Shown piece by piece: positions 1-12,405 of a stretch of 64,000 nt of DNA (position 1 is its first letter; every line of letters starts with the position of its first letter). The notes under the pieces were generated by a model. That model ran no database searches. It was not told the DNA's origin and was given only the letters and a program-made list of their open reading frames with translations. This stretch comes from Squalus acanthias (taxonomy: Eukaryota). Location: positions 20,212,001 to 20,276,000 of the forward strand of contig CM059425.1 in NCBI GenBank assembly GCA_030390025.1. Reading direction: 5' to 3'. The translations under genes were made by a program, and so were the position numbers.

Positions 1-44
1 TTTGCACAGCAATTCTCTGTGAGCTGACCTTTTAAAACCAATTT

Positions 45-720
45 TAAAAACACTGGGAAGACTGAAACCATCGTCTTTGGCCTCCGCCACAAACTCTGCA
101 CCCTTGCCACCGATTCCATCCCCCTTCCCTGGCAGCCACTGCCTCCAGCTGAACCAGACTGCTCGCAAGCTCTGACCTCAAGCTGAGCTTCTGACCCCAC
201 GTTCTCTCCATCACAAGGATGGCCTACTTCTACCTCAGTCGCATCGCCCACCTTTGCTCCACCTCAGCCCACCTGTGGCTGAAAGCCTCATCCTTGCCGT
301 TGTCACATCCAGGCTCGAATATTCCAAAGCTCTTCCGGCCATCTTCCCGTCTTCCACACTCTGTAAACTTCAGCTCATCCAAAACTCTAGCTGCCCGTAT
401 CTCATTCCGCACTGCGTCCCGTTCGCCCATCACCCCTGTCCTCGCTGACCTACAGTGGCTCCCGGCCCCCCAGTGTCTCCCAATTTAAAATTCTCACCCT
501 TGTGTTTAAATCCCTTCATGGCTTCGCCCTTCCCTATCTCTGTCGACCACTCCAGCCCGAACCCCTCCCCACCCCTCAGAACACTCAGTTTCTCTGACTC
601 CGGCCTCTTGTACATCCCTTCCCCTCCCTTCAGCGCACCATTGGCGGCCGTGCCTATAGCTGTCTGGACTCCGCGCTCTGGAATTCCCATCCTAAACCCT
701 TCCCGCCTCTTTCCTCCTTT
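45..720 (+). mobile_element. L2-clade LINE, degenerate 3' part of ORF2
   Basis: Relic peptides NTGKTETIVFG, SKTLAARI...SRSPITPVLADLQWLP, and ccattggcggccgtgcc...ctggaattccc as in the other L2 copies in the window. Confidence 0.85.
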
Positions 721-747
721 CAGACCCTCGCCTCGCCATTACCAGTG

Positions 748-925
748 TGGGGCCTAGGTGGCTGAAGGCACAGAGGCCAAAGGCGGGGCAAAGACTGAGG
801 TGGAGGTGGAGGGGGAGGGTGGAACATCCAGAAGAGACCGGAGTCAGAGCAACGGATAGTTTTGGGAGGAGGAGGGACTGTGGTGCTGGAGTAGATTAGA
901 GAGCGTGGGAGAGGTGAGGCCTCTC
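748..925 (-). mobile_element. Old L2 LINE fragment (antisense)
   Basis: gggcctaggtggctgaaggcac...aagagaccggagtcagag matches the reverse-oriented L2 at 18090-18240. Confidence 0.6.
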
Positions 926-1670
926 CATTATATCTAATATATACACATTCGCACTGGTACTTTTGCAGATAAGAGCCAGGGTTGGGCAGCGTCTGTTGAT
1001 GGGCTGAATGAGCATTCGGTCACTGTATATTAAGTTTTGTTTGTTTTTCTCCGCCATGGTAATTTCATGGCAAGCGACTGTAACCATGAGTGGCAGAGGA
1101 AGTAATCTGGATATAATGCTGCATGCTTGCAGGTCATGAAATTATCTCCAGTAACTACTTCTGCATGCTCATAAGTGGCTGGTTTAAAAAAAAAACTGAG
1201 ACAGGAAGCTGTGGCTACTGCATATTGGTTCAGCTCAGGGTTATACAGAACTGTCTGGAGTTAATTAACTACCTGTCCAGCTTCACCAGCAGAATTTTTT
1301 TTTTTTAAAACAAGGAGGGGAAGAGACAAAATCACACCTGTCCCTGAGACAGGTATTAGAGAATTATTCCAATATTCCAATTAAACTCGGCACTGCCCTG
1401 AATACCAAGGGATATCAAATCAGTAGTGCAGCGGCTCGGAGCTGAATTAATGATTGCCTCGCTGATTGAGTTGAGCTCGGCTACGATATTCTTGCTAATT
1501 TCTTTGCTTTTGTTTCAGTGGCGTTCCTTTAAATAGTTCTCGACCAGTAACTGTTGATGCAGGTTGGGCCAGGCTGCAGTATTTTTGCTCCATGTTCAGG
1601 CACGCAGGTTAGTTAGTGTAGGCTTTTTAAAAAAAAACTATCCCTTAACTTTCGAATATCACTCATTTTC

Positions 1671-2093
1671 CTGGCCCGCTCCCCATCTCTGTAACCTCCT
1701 CACCCCCACAACCCTCCGAGATCTCTGCGCTCCTCCAATTCTGGCCCGCTCCCCATCTCTGTAACCTCCTCTAACGCCACAACCCTCCGAGATCTCTGCG
1801 CTCCTCCAATTCTGGCCCGCTGCGTATCCCCGATTTGCATCGCTCCACCATTGGCGGCCGTGCCTTCAGCTGCCTCGGCCCTAAGCTCTGGAATTCCCTC
1901 CCTAAACCTCTCCGCCTCGCACCCCTCCTTTAATACGCTCTTCAGAACCTACCTCTTTGACCAAGCGTTTGGCCACTTGTCTTAATATCCCCTTAGGTGG
2001 CTCGGTGGCGAGTTTTGTTTGATAACGCTCCTGTGGAGCGCCTTGGGACGTTTTACTACATTAAAGGCGCTATATAAATGCAAGTCGTTGTTG
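1671..2093 (+). mobile_element. L2 LINE 3' end, 5'-truncated, with ~70-bp tandem duplication at its 5' end
   Basis: Near-identical to 19790-20154 and 60830-61172; terminus ggcgctatataaatgcaagtcgttgttg. Confidence 0.9.
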
Positions 2094-2199
2094 CTCCGGC
2101 AGTCGGACAGCCTGACAAGCTGGTAAAGTGGCGGCTTGGTTTGGGGGGGTCACTGTCCATCTTCATACCGGAAAAGGGCATTGCAGGTTTCCTTGATCG

Positions 2200-2420
2200 C
2201 TCGGCTAGTGAGCCCCTGAGCCACACGGGCCCAGCAGAGAGCAGCTTCGATGGCCGGCCTGTGCTGAGTTAGCTGATGTTGCTGCAGTGGCTGGAGGGGG
2301 CGTCAGGGCATTGGAAATTGCCCCAGGTTCCTGCTCCTGCTCACCGTTGAGCTTTATGCTGTCCTCACCCATGCATTTCTAGGCATCGGTTGCCGGATAG
2401 TGATTAGGAAGAGGCTCTTT
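2200..2420 (+). mobile_element. AmnSINE2-like SINE, diverged
   Basis: tgagccacac...ctgtgctgagttagctgat...ccaggttcctgctcctg; aligns by eye with 24195-24490 and 56975-57335. Confidence 0.55.
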
Positions 2421-3881
2421 GGCTAGTTTTCTTTTATGTCTACCTCATCCAGAAAATCTCCAATGAACAACACTTTTGCTGTAAACCACCTTACTTGCCA
2501 AAGAATTCAAGGTATTCACAAACCCAACAAAATGGCAGAAGTGAGAGATGCGCTTAAGTCTGCAAATGGCGGCGTACGTGGGGCGTAAGGAGCTGTGGTT
2601 GAAATGAGCCCATCGCATCAGCTTCCCTGCCTGTTCGCCCTGGATTGAAGTCGCAAACAGGACGGCTGGTTAATGTCGGCATCGCTGCCCTGCTTCAGTG
2701 AATTGGCACATCCTCCCACTCTTGGGTCTGTTTGAGAATAGGCCATTGACACGGTGCGAGGCACTTGTTATGTGATTACGGCCCATTAAATCAGTGATTA
2801 ATGGACCATTTTACAGGGAAAGGTCACTTTAGATCACCGGAGTGTTCAGAAGTAGGAACAAGAAAACAGTGAAAGTGAAATGGAGGTGGGAAAAGAGATG
2901 GGCATATTAAAAGGGAAATCTCGCCCCTGCGAGAAAACTTGTCGAGGAGTTAGTTCGAACTCACTCAGAAATGGAGCGCACGCCTGCTGGCTCTCGCATG
3001 ATTTCCAGCGTTCGTCAGAGTTTTTATATTGTTGCAAGAAGTAGTCTTTCTTACTGTTTGAGAAATAATTAAAGAGCTCAGCACACTGGAGTGGGTTCAC
3101 AACCTAATAACCTCGCGCATAAATTGAATTAGAAACCAGAGGAGCCAGAATTTCCCCTCGCCCGACCTCCGCCCTCTGTAGAAATCCGGAGCAGACTGGC
3201 TAGAATTGGAATCGCGCCCCTGAACATCGATCAACGTTGCCCCGGAGTGTTACGGTTCTGCAAAGCCGCTAAGTACCAGAGCACCGTTTGGCGTCTTTCG
3301 GCTCGTCGCCGGTTAAAGTGCCGCCACGGTGGTCAGCGGTGACCGGGTCCAGATTGTATCGGACCGCACCTGGCAGGTGATGAGAGAGTCTCTTCCACAC
3401 TCCTGGAATACGTGGGTGCAGTGGCCTCGTGTCTGCTTCTCTTCAGAAGGAAGCCTTACTCTTTCCTGCTTTTTGCAGTGCTCAGCGTAGCCTGTATTTA
3501 ATTGTGTGGGACATCTCTAAAACAAGAGGCCTTCTTCACCCTCCTAAAGCCTGGACGCTGCCTTTCATAACCAATCGACATCTTTTGGTGTAAAACTTCA
3601 GATACCTGTTTCTGTAATAGATCATTTAGGCATGGTTACTAGATGTAATCTACCAGTATACAATGTAAACTTAGTATTAAAGAAAATCCAATTGATTCTG
3701 ACTTTGAACAGAGGGGGATTGCGAATAATAATTTTGTGTACCTAACTTCGACTTACATATAATGCATATATAAGCCTAGAAATTACTGTTAGTGATATAA
3801 GCATAAAGTAAATGGGTTAAAACCCCCATTAAAAAAGCCAACATGTAAATGTCATACAAATGCGTTAAACATCCGTACCCG

Positions 3882-4280
3882 AGAAAGAAAGACTTGCATT
3901 TATATGGCGCCTTTCACAGCCTCAGGCCACCCCAAAGCGCTTTACAGCCAATGAAGTACTTTTTGAAGTGTCGTCACTGTTGTAATGTAGGAAATGCGGC
4001 AGTCAATTTGTGCAAAGCAAGGTCTCACAAACAGCAATGTGATAATGACCAGATGATTTGTTTCAGTGATGTTGGTTGAGGGATAAATATTGACACCGGG
4101 GAGAACTCCCCTGCTCTTCTTCGAAAGAGTGCCGAGGGGTATCTTTTACATCCACCTGAGGGGGCAGGCGGGGCCTCGGTTTTAACGTCTCATCCGAAAG
4201 ACGCCACCTCCGACAGTGCAGCGGAGGCACCCTCAGCACTGCACTGGAGTGTCAGCCTAGATTTTGTGCTCAAGTCTCTG
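3882..4280 (-). mobile_element. Deu-domain tRNA SINE (SacSINE1-like)
   Basis: Reverse complement of the body gatgagacgttaaaccgaggcccc...aggtggatgtaaaagat...aagaagagcaggggagttctccccggtgtc; tail aaaggcgccatataaatgcaagtctttct. Confidence 0.88.
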
Positions 4281-5355
4281 CTAATCTCACAAACCCTCAT
4301 TTCTAGGTTATAATAACTATCTTGATTGCATTACATAACCGCTTGTGTTCTTAACAATTTTCTGTGTTTAAAAACTCTTTTCTGATAATGTCCAGATTCA
4401 GACTGAAGGCTGAGGAATTATGCAGTTGAACAGTTTAAGCTAAGCTAATTATGTGTGTGTATGTGTATGTGTGTGTGTGTGTGTTTAGCAGGACTAGTGC
4501 TATGGAATGTTATTAGATTAGAGCCTTTCGAGCTTTCTTAAACCACAGATTTTGACAGTGGAGCAGAGAGCTTGCCCAGTTAATCAAAACCACCATGTAA
4601 ATAATTTAAAGGAATAATGGACACATATGTGGACTATCTTGCTGCATTTGAGGTTAGCTTGAATGATGGAGAGTTGAGACGCAAGGTTGAGTCTGTCAAT
4701 CCTTCGCTGTGTCCTTCATTTGCCAAGACACTGCACATAAAGTCCATTCTGGCTATTTAATCAGACAAAAAAATGTTGAATTTCCAGATTTGGTTTTGCT
4801 CTTGGTTTCTTTCTTATTCAAATTATTTTGAACTTCCTTTCTTGGATATCGGGCCTCTGCGGTTTATATAATATTCCCAATGACAGGACACTTATTTGCA
4901 TGTAGTTTTGTTGAGATCAGGATGGAAAAAAAACCTGAAAGACGCAGAGGAGAAATGTTGTTTTGACCGGAGAAACTCGTTTGGTTTCTCTGCGGAAATG
5001 AGCGGCCTAGCAACAGAGGGAACAGCAGCACCAACAAGGATGAATCATTTGTTTTTTTTTTGAGTCCTGCAGATGAAGGAATTTGATAGACTTCTCTGAG
5101 CCGAATCTTCCTCCTGACCAGGAGTATTTAGCTACTTTTGCATGAGAATAAAGCCCGCAGTAAAGAAACACATCTCTCTCTCGCTCTCTCTCTCTCTCTC
5201 CGTCTCTTTCCTAAAATTTTACTTAAGTAGATTAGCTTGCAGGGTGTGCTGCTGGAATGAAGCACCCCTGCTATTTCACAGTATTGAGTGCGTACAGATT
5301 GTTTTACATTGCAAGCCGTGGACGACTTGATTTCCAATCTTAAGGGGAACCAGAT

Positions 5356-5812
5356 CACAGGAACGGGAGTAGGCCATGCAGCCCCTCGAGCCTGCTCCGC
5401 CATTCACTTATATCATGGCTGATCTGTACCTCAACTCCATTTACCTGCCTTTGTTCCATATCTGTCTGCCCTCTCAGGTGGACGTAAAAGATCCCATGGC
5501 ACTATTTCGACGAAGAGCAGGGGAGATATCCCCGAGTGACCTGGCCAATATTTATCCCTCAATCAACATCGCTAAAACCGATGATCTGGTCATTACCACA
5601 TTGCTGTTTGTGGGAGCTTGCTGTGTGCAAATTGGCTGCCGCGTTTCCTACATTACAACAGTGACTCCACTTCTAAAAGTACCTCACTGGCTGTAAAGCG
5701 CATTGGAGCGTCCTGAGGGCGAGAAAGGTGCTTTATAAATGCAAGTCTTTCTTTTTTCTTTTATCCTTTTGATACACTCTTACACAACAAAAATCTATCG
5801 ATCTCTGTCTTG
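5356..5812 (-). mobile_element. CR1/HER1-type LINE 3' tail, split by a nested SINE
   Basis: acaggaacgggagtaggccatgcagcccctcgagcctgctccgccattc...ttccatat (5356-5460) resumes as atccttttgatac...aacaaaaatctatcgatctc (5763-5812). Confidence 0.8.
5461..5762 (+). mobile_element. SacSINE1-like SINE, 5'-truncated, nested in CR1 tail
   Basis: tctgccctctcaggtggacgtaaaagatcccatggcactatttcga...ataaatgcaagtctttct. Confidence 0.9.
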
Positions 5813-6470
5813 CAGATCAAGAGTTAGCAAAATAAATGAAATGTTTGAAAATTGGTTACTATTAGTTATTGTGATCCATTAGTTGCCTTGGAGAACTTAC
5901 TGTTGAATTTTTACAAAAAACGTTTTATAGTTGGGCCTCCAGGGTTCACTCCATGAAGAACGCTTCTGACTGCAGTTGGGTTGTGGAGGGAGTGCGTACA
6001 GTGGAGAGTAGAGTGCTTCCCACAAGTAGGGAAGAGAATTAGAGCGTATTACCCGCACACCTTGCAGCACCTGGTTACAGTGCTGTTGGCAGGAGCCTGG
6101 GAGCAAGTGACCTGCCTCCGACTTAGCTAAGCCAGGTGTGGTTGGAGGGAGCGATCTGAAAGATAAGGAAGATTAGATAAGGGATTGTAAAGTTGGCCTT
6201 TTTGAGGGATGCTTGTTCCGTGTGCGCCCAGTGGAAACTTGCCGAATTTTCCAACACTGGCTGCTGGGAAGACCCATTAAAAAAATGGGGTATTCACAGC
6301 GGCCATACTTTGCAAATCCGGCGGGTTGACATTGGGGTTTCTGCCAGGTGTGCGAGGCCTGCACATTTGAAACTGGCGACACACATCCCCCTCTAAGGCT
6401 AATAAAGACACAGCTGAAGAAGGACTGGCATTTCCTTCAGTCATCACACTCCTGAGACACTGTCCTTAAA

Positions 6471-6790
6471 CACAGAATCACAGAATCCCCACAGTGCAGA
6501 TAGAGGCCATTTCGGCCCATCGAGCCTGCACCGACACATATCCCACCCTATCCCCATAACCCCACGTATTTAATCCCCCCTAACACTAAGGGTCAATTTA
6601 TCATAGCCAAATCAACCTAACCCGCACATCTTTGGACTGTGGGAGGAAACCAGAGCACCTGGAGGAAAACCCACGCAGGCACAGGGAGAATGTGCAAACT
6701 CCACACAGACAGTCACCCATGGCCGGATTCGAACCCGGGTCCCTGGCGCTGTGAGGCAACAGTGCTAACCACTATGCCACCGTGTTGCCC
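6471..6790 (-). mobile_element. HE1-like V-SINE, full length
   Basis: On the minus strand: tRNA-like head (ggtggcatagtggttagcactg A box; ggttcgaatcc B box), V-domain tgtgtggagtttgcacattctcc...gcgtgggttttcctcc...ctggtttcctcccacagtcc, CR1-type tail gccgaaatggcct...(gattctgt)2. Confidence 0.88.
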
Positions 6791-6974
6791 CTTGTTAAAC
6801 TTCTCTCCTCACTTTTTTAAAACCCACCTCAAAAAGCTATCTGCTCAATTAGGCCTTCAGTCACCTCTCCTGAACCTCCCCGCACACTTGGTAGTCAATG
6901 CCTCTTAATAATGCACCGCGGACTTTTTTGCTACATTAGCGGTATTTATTGTTTTAGAACAGCTTATCTTGTCT

Positions 6975-7200
6975 CTCAGGGGCTTCACATGCAGTGAATT
7001 ACTTTTGAAGTCCACTCACTTGTTATTATGTAGGCAAGTGTGGCAGCCATTTTGTGCACAGCAAGCTCTCTCGAACAACAATGAGACGAATGACCGGTTA
7101 ATCTACTTTCGGCACTGTTGATTGAGGGAGGATTGCTGGGCATACACACTGGGAGAATTCACTGCTCTTTTTCAGATCGTGGCGTGGTATCTTTAACATC
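6975..7200 (-). mobile_element. Degenerate SacSINE1-like fragment
   Basis: acttttgaagtccactcacttgttattatgtagg...gcagccattttgtgcacagcaag. Confidence 0.7.
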
Positions 7201-7204
7201 GCGA

Positions 7205-7620
7205 TGAACCACTGGAACAGGTGTTTGTCTTCGCCTGAGCCACTTAGTCTAATCCCGCTCTCATGCTCGCTCTCCATATCCTTTAATATTGCTCTTTTCA
7301 AGCAACAATCTCATTCCCTTTTTCAATAAATTATTGACTGTATTTCAGTGATGCTATGTGGAGGAGAATTCCACATTCCAACCATTCTCTGTCTAAATAT
7401 CTTTTTTCTACCCTCCCTTTAATTTTTTTTTTAATGATTATATTAAATTTTTGCCCCTTTGTTAAGCTCTCACTGACCAGTGGAAAGCAATCTACCACTA
7501 TTTATCTTATCGTAGCCCTTCATAATCCGGAAGACCTCTTATCGATTTACTCTCATTAACCTTCTCCTCTAGTGAAAGAAGCAATGAGTACTCGGGCCTC
7601 GCTGGAGAACTGTAACCTCT
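7205..7620 (-). mobile_element. Old CR1-type LINE 3' fragment
   Basis: ctctccatatcctttaatatt...gaattccacattccaaccattctctgt...gaccagtggaaagc; pattern shared with 23410-23615 and 28105-28400. Confidence 0.65.
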
Positions 7621-7974
7621 GGCGACATCCCCAGTGAACCTCCGAAACCCACAACCTCCACCACCTACAGCCAGCTGGAGAGAGATCATTCCAAGGTGGT
7701 GTGTGTTACAAACACAGATTATTAGGTTTAACAGTCCTCTCACTCCAGATACATTGCAGTTTCGTGTTTACACTGAATGGTTTTTTGCTTCACATCAGTG
7801 CAGAGTGTGTGGTGTCATTCTGGTGTGAGTTTCACCAGGTGAAGCGAGAGGAGCTGAAGGAGATAGGCTTGGACAGAGTCTGGTTGCCGTACAACCACAA
7901 ATAGCGCAAAGCGAAGTATGAAGAGCTCCCGGGAGGTCCAGTAAAACTCCGGTCTGCCGGCCTCACATCGCTCT

Positions 7975-8290
7975 AAACAGCAACAACAACAACTTGCATT
8001 CATATAGCGCCTTTGATGGAGTAAAACGGCCCAAGGTGCTTCACTGGAGCGATTATCGTGCAAAATTTGACACCGAGCCACAAAAGGCGATGTTGGGACA
8101 GGTCAAAGGGATAGGTTTTAAGGGGCGTCTTAAAGGAGGAGAGGGAGGCAGAGAGGATTAGGGAGGGAATTCCAGTGCTGAGGGCCTAGGCGGCTGAAGG
8201 CACAGCTGTCAGTGGCGGTAGCGATGAGTTTCGGGGATGCGCAAGAGGCCAGAATTGGAGGAGCGCCGAGATCTCGGAGGGTTGTAGGGC
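7975..8290 (-). mobile_element. L2 LINE 3' end
   Basis: (caa)n cttgcattcatatagcgcc ... gggaattccagtgctgagggcctaggcggctgaaggcac; peptide AFSRLGPQHWNSLPNPL. Confidence 0.88.
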
Positions 8291-10185
8291 CGGAGGACGC
8301 ACCATTCTCAAGCCGGCCAGTAAACTGCAGAATAATGAATTCCTGTAGATCATGCAAGATGGATGTAGTTTGTTTCTGTCTGAATCCTTCTATTTATCTT
8401 GCTCACTCACCATTGTTATTACTGTAGCCGTTTTTTTTTGTGTTTCTGCATTGTCGGTTATTGCACGGTTGGATAACAGAGTGAGACTCCATTGAATAAT
8501 AGCTCACACCCATCCTGGTGCTCCAAACCAAAACTCCGACTGGATTGTTAACAGTATACGGAGTGCTCCTTGTTATGTGTAACCGGTTTTCCCCACAAGT
8601 ATGTACGGACGCACTCGGGCTATACATTTAACAGGATGTCTATATGGCAAGAGTTGGTGCTTTACTGCCCCATAAATTCAGACCGCTTAACCCCACTGTC
8701 GAGTTTTCAATTTAATCCAAGCAACCTAAGGGTGAGGTGCAGAATATGACATTTACACTGGTTAGACTCCAGTGTTTAGTGAACTGTCGAGGCGTTAAAC
8801 AGAGGCATTTAGTTGAACAATGAAAGGATTAGCATTTGTAAAGGTGAGAATGGGGTCATTAATCTGCTGCTTAAGGGTGCATTGTGTGTGCGGACAGCAA
8901 AACTCTATATATTTTAAAATGAAAATTGCCCCTCATGCGCTCAACTCTTTTAGCCAAACCGGCCTCCTTAGAATTGAATGGAGGCAAAGTTGCAGCTTTA
9001 TACGTAATTTTTTTAAACACTTAAAAGGGAGTGTGACTTTTAACCCGGGGGGTGTATGCACTTACTTTACGGGGGTGGGGTTGGGGGGGGTGTGAAAATC
9101 ATCGATTCTATTGTCAAGATATTGGTGGATTTCCTCTTTATCTGTTGAGGGTCTAAGCTACAAAGCTGCATTTCTGCTAGAGGTGAAGATTAATGCGGAA
9201 ATAACAACATGTCTGTAAATGAAAATGAGGAACAGATGCTTGTTGATTAGGAATGTGCTTTTGATAACAGGACTGCGCTGGTACAGTGAGCACACCGATA
9301 GAAAGCAGCTGTTTCCCAATTCCTCCGCCTGATAACTATATAAATCATTCAGTAAATATTGGAGATGAACTGATACCAGGTACCATTTATCTGGGATCTG
9401 ACACTCACACACACACACAAAAAAAAATGTTGTCTGTGCTGTTGGCTGGTATTGGCTGCAGTGGAGAATTGAGGATTATCTCCTCTTAAGATCAGTTGGA
9501 TAGATTCCCCTTTACCGTGGAGCCACTGAAATCACTTTCACTGTAACATTACGAGGTTGCGGAAACGCCACCGAGACTTGAGACAAAACGTAATTAGTAA
9601 CGCGCACTGTTTACGCGAACTCTCTAGTAGCATGTGCTTGGCAGAATTTTAATAATAGGCACTCGTCGCACATTACAGCTTCAGAAATAATACGTTTCTT
9701 TCATGCTGTGTATCATTAAACCACAAAGCCAGAAGTGCTCAGAAACGCTTCTTCCCAGAGTTATGAATAAACTGCACTGTTTAAAATAAAGTTACATTTT
9801 TTTTGTCTATGTACTTGATTGAACACCAAATTTTTTTTAAGGATTTAAAAAAAAAAATCTCTCTACATTGTGAAAGTGCCTGTCTCCTTGAAGATTTAAT
9901 GGCAATTTTCAGAGGTATAATATTTTTAGGAAGAGCCCTTTTCTGCTCTCTAGGCTGGCCGTCAACAAACAGTGGCTTGTTCTGAGATTGTCTCTGAATT
10001 CAAGTGCACAGGAATGCTGTTCAGCTGAAACCCTTTGAGTTTGAGGGTGTTGTACAAGCCGTTCCCTTGTTGTACTGTTGGTGCAAACAATTAGACGCAT
10101 TAGAGTAAATATTGATCGGACCGGACCATCAGGTTATGTTAAAATCTAAAGCTGGCCACAGCCAACTTCCACTGGTTATGCTAGA

Positions 10186-10490
10186 CAGAGTTGCCAACCC
10201 TCCAGGAATTGTACCAGAGTCTCCAGGAATGAAAGATTAATCTCCTGAACTCTGCTGCTAGCCAGTCAGGAGAAAAAGCATCGGGACCTGGAATAGTACA
10301 GCACAGAAGGAGGTCATTCGGCCCATTTAAAAAAAAAAATCGTGTCTTTCCCCCCCCCCCCCCCATTTTCTTCAAACACTTTTGTTTATTAGTTATAAAA
10401 AATATTGGTCGATGGGAAGAAAATAGAAGCTGTTTGACTGGGCAGGGCGGGAATCTCCAGCAATACGTCCAACCAGCGTTGGTAACCCTG
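10186..10490. mobile_element. hAT (Blackjack-like) non-autonomous DNA transposon with nested CR1 tail fragment (~10290-10327)
   Basis: Imperfect terminal inverted repeats cagagttgccaac ... gttggtaaccctg resembling the (T/C)AGGGTTGCCA terminus; internal tccagga repeats; 8-bp target duplication not intact. Confidence 0.65.
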
Positions 10491-11673
10491 CTGCTGTGAT
10501 GGAATAACACGCAGAAATATTTCTGATGCCATGAAATTTATGTTTCGAAGGAACTGGGTCAAATGTTGGAAATTAAATTTGATATTTCAAATAGCATAAA
10601 ACTATGCTCTTCGACAAAGGGCTGCCGCTCCGTCCGACCCAATCGTTGCATTTTTATTTCCTGGGTGATTTTCCAGGGAACAATCTTTTCTCTATTTATA
10701 TAAATACAGTTTGCTAAATTTCTTTTTTTTTGTTGCAAACCCACTCGCAAGAAATGATTCATCTTTAAAAGCTCACAGCTTCACGCAGTGAAGGAATCTC
10801 TCCTAGCCACGAAAATCACAAAAGGTGCACTGCATATGAATGAGAGATTTCGGAGCCAGATGTACCATCGAGCTGTTCCATGAACATTTAACCAACTATT
10901 TGGTAACTTTGAACGACCAGTAATAACTATGACTAAAATGGTCACTCAAAAAAATAAATAAAATGAGGAGGTGAGTGTCTTGATTGATGTTAAATGACCA
11001 GTAATAACTACAGTATGAATAAAATGGTCACTCAAAAAAAAATAAGGTGAGTGTCTTGATTGGTGTTGATGCTTAAGTGTCCACTTTCCGTCCGTCCGTC
11101 CCCCCCGCCCCCCCTCCCATTATTACCAAACTCTTTCCATGAGGAAGAGATGAGGGGGGTGGAAATTGTTCGATTATTACCGCAATGAATGCAACGTCAG
11201 TAAGACGAGGTGTGAAATTAGAGCCTGCCAACAGCAAGTGGCAGATTTAAACTAATGAACTGCGGGCTAAATAACAGAGCTATCTCGCAGAATTGTCAGG
11301 TCAATTTAACACAGCTTGAGTCCCCAACCTCACTCACACAGAACATGTTAACTCAGACCCGGCCGCTGTCAAGCGACACAATAAAATGGATATCATTTAA
11401 AGATAATTCAATCTGCAATTTTTTTTTTTCCGGATGCAGGCAGCATAGAATGTTTCTGTTGTGATGGGGTTGAGGGGGACGGGGCGGGTGTGGGTGGTGG
11501 AATTGCTAATGTTTTTTCAAGCAGTCTACGCAAGCAGCATAAAGAGTGAAATACTGACCCAGTGTCGGGCAGATTTGTATCCTCGCCGCGTCCATCTGAG
11601 ACCGCAAGTGTACAAATACCAGCCACTTTCTCCCCTCCAGTATACAGTTCCTCGGTTTGCAGGCATACGTCTC

Positions 11674-11906
11674 GTCAGCTCAGTGGATAGCACTCTCGCC
11701 TCTGAGTCAGAAGGTGGTGGGTTTAAGTCCCACTCTGGAGACTTGAGCACAAAATCTAGGCTGACACTCCAGCGCAGTGCGGAGGGAGAGCTGCACTGTC
11801 AGAGGTGCCGTCTTTCGGATGAGACACTGAACCCAGGACCCGTCTGCCCCCTCAGGTGGGCGTAAAAGATCCCACGGCACTGTTTCGAAGCAGAGTAGGG
11901 GAGCTT
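11674..11906 (+). mobile_element. SacSINE1-like SINE, 5' half with tRNA-like head
   Basis: gctcagtggatagcactctcgcctctgagtcagaaggtggtgggtttaagtcccact...gatgagacactgaacccagg...aaaagatcccacggcac. Confidence 0.88.
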
Positions 11907-12405
11907 CAAGTGGAGCCTTTGTTCCTTTCCCCATATCAAATAGACTACCTCTTAAGAAGGGAGGGGATGAGGAAGGCAGCAGCAAGGGTAGCCATGCTCA
12001 CCCTCCTTACCATGGTGAGCTAATCGGGCAAGTGAGTAAATAAATACATTTGAACCATGCACTGGAAAAGAAAAGTGTTGAAAATATTACAATAGGAAAA
12101 CCAGGAGTGAGACCAATAACTATCCACCGTGGGAAGGAGTAAGCAACAAGTCACAAACGCACGGCTGGTTTGGTGGTGTGTATAATCCTGATGTAAAAGC
12201 CTTAAATGCCTCCACCTTGCTCCACACCTTCAAAAGCCTCCTCAAAAATCTATTCCTTCGACCGTGCCCCGGAACACCTTTTTGTTTCATTTCAACTTGG
12301 TGTTCCTCCAATCACCTTGTACAGCACCACGGGACATGAGGTTATGTGAAGAGTGCTGTGGAAGTTGCTATTGTCTATGGATCCATGACTTTATGTACAT
12401 GATAT

